Origin: Pirellulaceae bacterium
Lineage (GTDB): Bacteria > Planctomycetota > Planctomycetia > Pirellulales > Pirellulaceae
Direction of reading: 5' to 3'
Assembly (NCBI GenBank): GCA_963707245.1
Contig: CAVPPY010000003.1
Coordinates: 20,905-60,904 of the forward strand
Length of the DNA stretch: 40,000 nucleotides
The notes under the pieces were generated by a model. It searched no databases. It had not been told where the DNA came from and saw nothing but the letters and a program-made list of their open reading frames with translations. Position numbers and translations under genes: made by a program. The first letter of the stretch is position 1. Each line of letters starts with the position of its first letter. Positions 35,226 through 40,000 of this stretch are shown here, piece after piece.

Positions 35226-36112
35226 TTAGCCACCAAATCCGCTATAGCGACGCACACCACGGGCACAGCAACCAACGGGCCAGAACATACTAGCCCGACC
35301 AACCACAGGACTTCGATGCCAATCTCTTGCCACAGACTGATCGCGATCGACCTTGCCCAGGAAGATTGCGGCGGGGAAGTAGGCCAAGTACTTGAACGGC
35401 AAACAATCGACTATCGTTTTCCAGGGTTGCGGCAACAAGATCCAGCGGAAACATATGTCCCGAGAGAAAGAAGTTGAGCAGCATATAAACGAACAGCAGT
35501 GAACTGACTTCCAGGAACCAGAAGCCGACCAAGCCGATGCACAGATCCAGGAAGAAGCCCAGCAGGAAAGCCAGGACCAGCGAAAACGCGAACGCCAGCA
35601 GTACGCTCGCTTCTGGCCAGCCGGCGGTGAAATAGCCTCGGCACAGAAAGAACACCAACGCAAAGGGCAGGGTGCTGACGGTGTAGTAAGCCACTTTATG
35701 GGCCGCCCTGCCCGAGTAACAAAAAGCCGATCAAATCGATGGGTTGAATTAAGAATTTTTTTATTTCACCTTCGCGAATTTGCTTGGCAACGCTGGAGGC
35801 CAGGCCTGGCATACTGGAAAACGCCCTGCCAAGCATCGACAGCAGGTAGTAGGCAACCATTTCCGAAAAAGAATACCCGGCCAATCGGGCCTGTTGCACA
35901 CCGTCGCTGCCGATGGAATCGAATACAGCCCACCACAGAAATATCTGAGTGATGATCGGCAGGAAACGCATCAGCGTCCCGAGTGCAAAATCGCCCCGGT
36001 AGGCCAATCGCTCTTCGAGGGCGATGCGAAAGATCATCCACCAGCAGCTCACGCGGTTGCTGATATCCAAACGACCGACAAGGGTGGAAGGCATGGGCGA
36101 TGGAGAACTCAT
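35226..36112 (-). pseudogene. ABC-2 family transporter permease (first permease), at least two frame changes (about 35705-35715 and about 35440)
   Basis: Three ORF pieces. 35696-36112 reads ...IREGEIKKFLIQPIDLIGFLL. 35290-35694 reads AHKVAYYTVSTLPFALVFFL...FFLSGHMFPLD. The tail of 35226-35663 reads LLPQPWKTIVDCLPFKYLAYFPAAIFLGK...RRYSGFGG*. The start overlaps the ATPase stop (ATGA). Confidence 0.7.
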
Positions 36113-37126
36113 GTCGCGGCTTCCTGCTCGGTCCGCACAGACTCGGGCTGGGAGTGGTCCTCGAACAGCTTGGAAATAACCTCTTCCAAGGGAGGATCCT
36201 CGACGGCGACATCCTCAACCTGATAATGTTGCAGAATGGCCGCCAGCATCTTGGGTACTTCCTGACGTGCGCAGCGGAGGGTGACCTTGGGTAGGACAAC
36301 CGAGTCGACTTCTGCAAAACGTTCGAGACCATCGGCCACCTGGCCTTCAGCCAAGCGTAATGTGAGGATTTTGGATCCGCTGAAACTGTCGACCACGCCG
36401 GCAAGCGATCCGTCGAATTTGACGGCCCCGTCGGTAATCACCACCACCCGCCGACAGAGCGCAGCGATGTCCTTCATGTAGTGGCTGGTTAATAGAATGG
36501 TGATCTTCCGCTCGGCCTGATAGTATCGCAAGAACTGTTGGATATTGTGCTGGGCAACCACATCCAGCCCGATCGTGGGTTCGTCCAGGAAGAGCACCTC
36601 CGGCGAATGCAGCAAGGCCGCGATCAATTCCATTTTCATGCGTTCGCCCAATGACAGTTCCCGCACCGGGCGCCCGAGCAGTTTCTTGACCGAAAGCAAA
36701 TCGGTTAGCTCATCCAAGGTGCGTGTGAAGGCACTGCGGTCGATGCGATAGATTTGCTCATGCAAGCGAAAAGACTCTTGGGCAGGCAGATCCCACCAGA
36801 GTTGATTTTTTTGGCCCATGACCAATGCAAAGCGGCGGCGATAATCATTGCTGCGTTCCCAGGGCACATGCCCCAGAACGCGGGCCGTGCCGCCAGTGGG
36901 GTAAATCACCCCCGACAGCAGCTTGAGCGTGGTTGTCTTGCCCGCACCATTGGGACCCAGGAAAGCTACAAACTCGCCTTGCTCGACCCGCAAATTGACG
37001 GACCGCACGGCTTGCACGTCGCGATACTCGCGATGCCACAGACCGCGGATCGGAGGCCAGCAGCCCCTCTTGTTTTTGGTAGACTCGATAGGTCTTCGTC
37101 AGATTCTCAATCTCAATGGTAGCCAT
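36109..37126 (-). pseudogene. ABC transporter ATP-binding protein, frame change near 37050 (pseudogene or sequence error)
   Basis: N-terminus [25 protein letters not shown] (ORF 36845-37126) continues as [41 protein letters not shown] (frame of ORF 36109-37017). Walker A, LSLGERMK signature and LFLDEPT Walker B are present. Confidence 0.85.
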
Positions 37127-37290
37127 GGCAACAGATTATAGGTGGCTGACGAAAATCTCGATATGTGGCTCCGGCTTAGCGATGAGTCAAAAATAACTTC
37201 CCTGTTTTTCTTGGCAATCATCACGCGGAGCTTGATGGCTACTTTGAGATTGCGGAAGTTACTTTTGACACGCTCCTTAGGAAAGGACAG

Positions 37291-37803
37291 TTGGAATTGG
37301 GCAATGATAACCGCATCGGTTTAGGGCATGATACACATCGATTGGCACCCGGCGGCCCCCTGCGGCTAGGCGGAATGAACATCGACTTTGATGCCCACCT
37401 GGTGGGCCACAGCGATGCCGATGTCCTGCTACATGCCATCACCGATGCACTCTTGGGCGCGGCCAATCTGGGTGACATCGGCGAAATTTTCCCAAATACG
37501 GACCCAGCTCACCGTGGCAAGGACTCCGGGCTGATGCTCGCCGAAGCCCAGCAGCGACTGGCGCAAGCAGGTTGGCAGATTGTCAATTTGGACTGCGTGG
37601 TCCTGGCCGAACGCCCCAAGTTGCTGCCCTACAAGGCGCCCATGTGCAAGCGCATTGCCGAGATTCTGGGTATTCACGTCGATCAAGTCGCACTCAAGGG
37701 AAAGACCGGGGAAAGCACCGGGGACATCGGTGAGGGAAAGATTATCCAGGCCATGTGCGTCTGCCTCATAAGCAAGACACGAGGGGCTGCGGATGCGGGC
37801 TGA
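37291..37803 (+). CDS. ispF: 2-C-methyl-D-erythritol 2,4-cyclodiphosphate synthase IspF
   Basis: 170 aa with TTG start. RIGLGHDTHRL...GHSDADVLLHAITDALLGAANLGDIGEIFPNTDP...VVLAERPKL is a diagnostic IspF pattern. Confidence 0.9.
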   Translation: MELGNDNRIGLGHDTHRLAPGGPLRLGGMNIDFDAHLVGHSDADVLLHAITDALLGAANLGDIGEIFPNTDPAHRGKDSGLMLAEAQQRLAQAGWQIVNLDCVVLAERPKLLPYKAPMCKRIAEILGIHVDQVALKGKTGESTGDIGEGKIIQAMCVCLISKTRGAADAG

Positions 37804-37855
37804 GGATGCGGGCTGAGGATGCGGGCTGAGGACACGGGCTGAGCATGCGGGATGC
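37791..37855. repeat. 13-bp tandem repeat, 4 good + 1 degenerate copies (GGATGCGGGCTGA)
   Basis: Units at 37791, 37804, 37817, 37830 (GGACACGGGCTGA) and 37843 (degenerate). The first unit contains the ispF stop TGA. The array fills the gap between the convergent ispF and RND genes. Confidence 0.85.
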
Positions 37856-37857
37856 AT

Positions 37858-40000
37858 TCAAGGACTGACGGTGGCGGGTCTTGATCCACCATGGACCAGC
37901 ACGTACACGCAGGGCACGAGTAGCAAGGTTAATAGGGTGGATACCAGCATGCCGCCGAGCAGCGCGCGGGCCAAGGGCAGCATGGCTTCATTGCCAGGAT
38001 AGAACGCGAATGCCAAGGGCAGCATGGAGGCCACCAGCGTCAGCGAAGTCATCAGGATGGGACGCAAACGCACTCGCGCGGCCGACAATGCAGCCTGGGG
38101 TGGCGAAAGACCATCCTTCATTCGCCGATTCGCAAAGTCGACCAACAGAATTGAATTGTTCACCACCACGCCAATCATCATCAGCGTGCCCATCAAGGAC
38201 TGAATATTTATGTAGGTATTGGTCATGTAAAGCACCAGGATGACTCCACCCAGTCCCAGCGGGACCGCCAACATGATAATCAAGGGATCGACGAAGGAAC
38301 GAAACTGAGCCATCAAGACCAGGTAGACCAGCAGTGCCGCCACGACCAAGCCCAGTCCCAGCAGATGCATGCCGGAACGCATGGTCTGCACCGGACCACG
38401 CAGTTGGAATGAGACTCCGTTGGGGAACTCCATGCCGGCCAGGGTAGCCTCTATTTCGGCCGCCACCGAACCGATGTCGCGCCCCGCAACATTGACATGC
38501 ACATCGTTGACGCGCGCGATGTTGTAATGGGCAATCTCTCCGGGGATGGTGACGCGACTGGACGGTCGCCACATTGGACAATGGAATGGTAATCGGCCCC
38601 TTTGCCGTGCTCAGCGATAGCGGGATATTGCGCACATCATCCAAGGACTTAAAGTCATTCGATTCATATTGCACTCCCATGAAAAAGTCGGTACCCGACT
38701 TGGGGTCAATCCAAATGGTAGGCGAGTAACCCACACTCGAGCCCAGGGCCGTGAGAATGGTCTGGGCTACATCCTCTTGATCGACGCCCAGATACTTGGC
38801 CCGCGTTCGATCAACCTGCACGTCGAATTGCGGATAATCCAGCGACTGGGCGATCTGCACATCGCGCGTGCCGGCAATGGGCCGCACCGCTTCCACGATT
38901 CGCTCGGCAGCCAGGCGGCAGTCCTGCAAGCTACCGGCAGAAACCTGAACGCTAATTGGCGTTGGTACGCCCTCGTTCAAGGCCATGTTGACGATGCCTC
39001 CGGACACAAACAAAAACTCTTCCAAGGGATACGCTTTGGCCAACTGGTCGCGCAATGTTTCAATGTACGTGGCTGTGTTGGTTCGCCTGCCTTGCTGTTT
39101 CAGATTGACGATCAGATAGGCAGTATCGGGACCCGAATTGGAGCTCAAGACGGTTGAAAAGCCTGCCCCCTTACCTACCGGCAAGCCAATATTAGCGATC
39201 AGAGTATCAATTTCATTCTCGGGAATCACGCTCTTGATTGTGTCCTCGATGCTGGCCACCAGCTTTTCGGTTTCGACCAACTCGGTACCGGGCAATGTCT
39301 TGATGCGCAGTTCAAACGAACCTGAGTCCACATTCGGGAAAAGCTCACTGCCCAACTGTGGCCACAGCAGGAGAAGCGATGCACAGCCGGCCACGATGGC
39401 CAGTGCAGCAAGGCCCGGCACCTTAAGTAATCGTGCCAGACCCACAGCGTACCAACCTGGTGGTGCATTTTCGCCCTCGTCGAAATTGGGCTCCGAACCA
39501 CCGGCCAATTTTTTCGGAGTTACGAAGGTCGCACAACAAGCTGGCACCACGGTCAGAGCCAGAATGTAGGATGCCCCGACCGTCAAGGTGGCCGCCAGGG
39601 ACAGCGGCGTGAACAAGTACTGGATCATGCCGGTCAAGAAGAGAGCGGGCAGGAAGACGGCTAAGGTCGTGGCAGTACCTGCCAGAATCGCCGTCGAAAC
39701 CTCTTGGGTCCCATCGCGGGCAGCCTGCATTTTGCTCTTGCCCATACGCTGGTGACGAATCACGTTCTCAACCACCACAATCCCAGCGTCGACGACAGTA
39801 CCGATAGCCAGAGCCACTCCTCCCAGGGTCATGATGTTGATAGTCTGTCCGCTGAAGGCAAAGCCCAAAGCGCCTATCAAGATGGCCAGCACCATGGTGG
39901 ACACGATGATCAGTGCAGGAATGAGTCTGCGCAAAAAGAGCAATACGACTAGAACCACTAGCAGGGCACCCAGGCCCACTTGCGTGAATAGATTGGACAT
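37858..40000 (-). pseudogene. RND efflux transporter permease (AcrB/CzcA family), partial at window edge, frame change near 38565
   Basis: ORF 37988-40000 is AcrB-like up to ...PITIPLSNVATVQS and then nonsense. ORF 37858-38574 supplies the C-terminal TM bundle (SRVTIPGEIAHYNIARV...FRSFVDPLIIMLAVPLGLGGVILVLY...MMIGVVVNNSILLVDFANR...RLRPILMTSLT). Confidence 0.85.

Noticed and set aside
37791-37855. CRISPR array
   Set aside because: The units are 13 bp and directly abutting, with no spacers. No cas genes are in the window.
1-40000. tRNA, rRNA, tmRNA or riboswitch genes
   Set aside because: I found no T-loop-like GGTTCGAATCC-type motifs, rRNA-like conserved blocks or recognisable riboswitch cores while reading both strands. 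A covariance-model scan would still be needed to exclude small RNAs.

Overview
This is a 40 kb bacterial chromosomal window, about 55% GC by eye. Gene content and repeat style suggest a Planctomycetota-like genome, but only with low confidence. It falls into four blocks.

(1) 44-7523, + strand: the flagellar stator/export operon flbD-motA-motB-fliL-fliN-fliO-fliP-fliQ-fliR-flhB. It is punctuated by three ~125-bp CTAG-flanked nested-palindrome (MITE-like) elements that sit exactly on the motA and fliN stop codons. No flhA follows flhB.

(2) ~7620-24735: a ~17-kb accessory island bounded by copies of a second ~100-bp palindromic repeat. It contains:
- an integron-type integrase (465 aa, apparently duplicated N-terminal domain) with an upstream repeat/palindrome cluster, but no attC array I can recognise;
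- two divergent head-to-head modules of tyrosine recombinase plus IS91-family (Y2 HUH) transposase, flanking an orphan gene; one transposase has an in-frame TGA at a conserved Trp;
- a PIN-domain toxin pair;
- a complete group II intron inserted precisely in one arm of an inverted repeat that brackets a GxxExxY gene;
- a second group II intron, plus a 178-nt 5-prime fragment of it fused to an IS91 transposase remnant;
- a nucleotidyltransferase-fold gene pair.

(3) 24773-34335: a PTS-independent MurNAc/peptidoglycan-recycling locus (beta-lactamase-fold::DUF1343 fusion, sodium:solute symporter, MurQ, BadF-type kinase). It is split by a SWIM-SNF2 helicase gene that is itself bracketed by the palindromic repeat.

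(4) 34349-40000: an ABC-2 exporter, ispF, a 13-bp tandem repeat and a partial RND pump.

No rRNA, tRNA or CRISPR array was recognised. About 15 sites need a +/-1 frame change to give full-length products, several at short homopolymers. Sequence error is therefore as likely as real decay, and every 'pseudogene' call carries that caveat.
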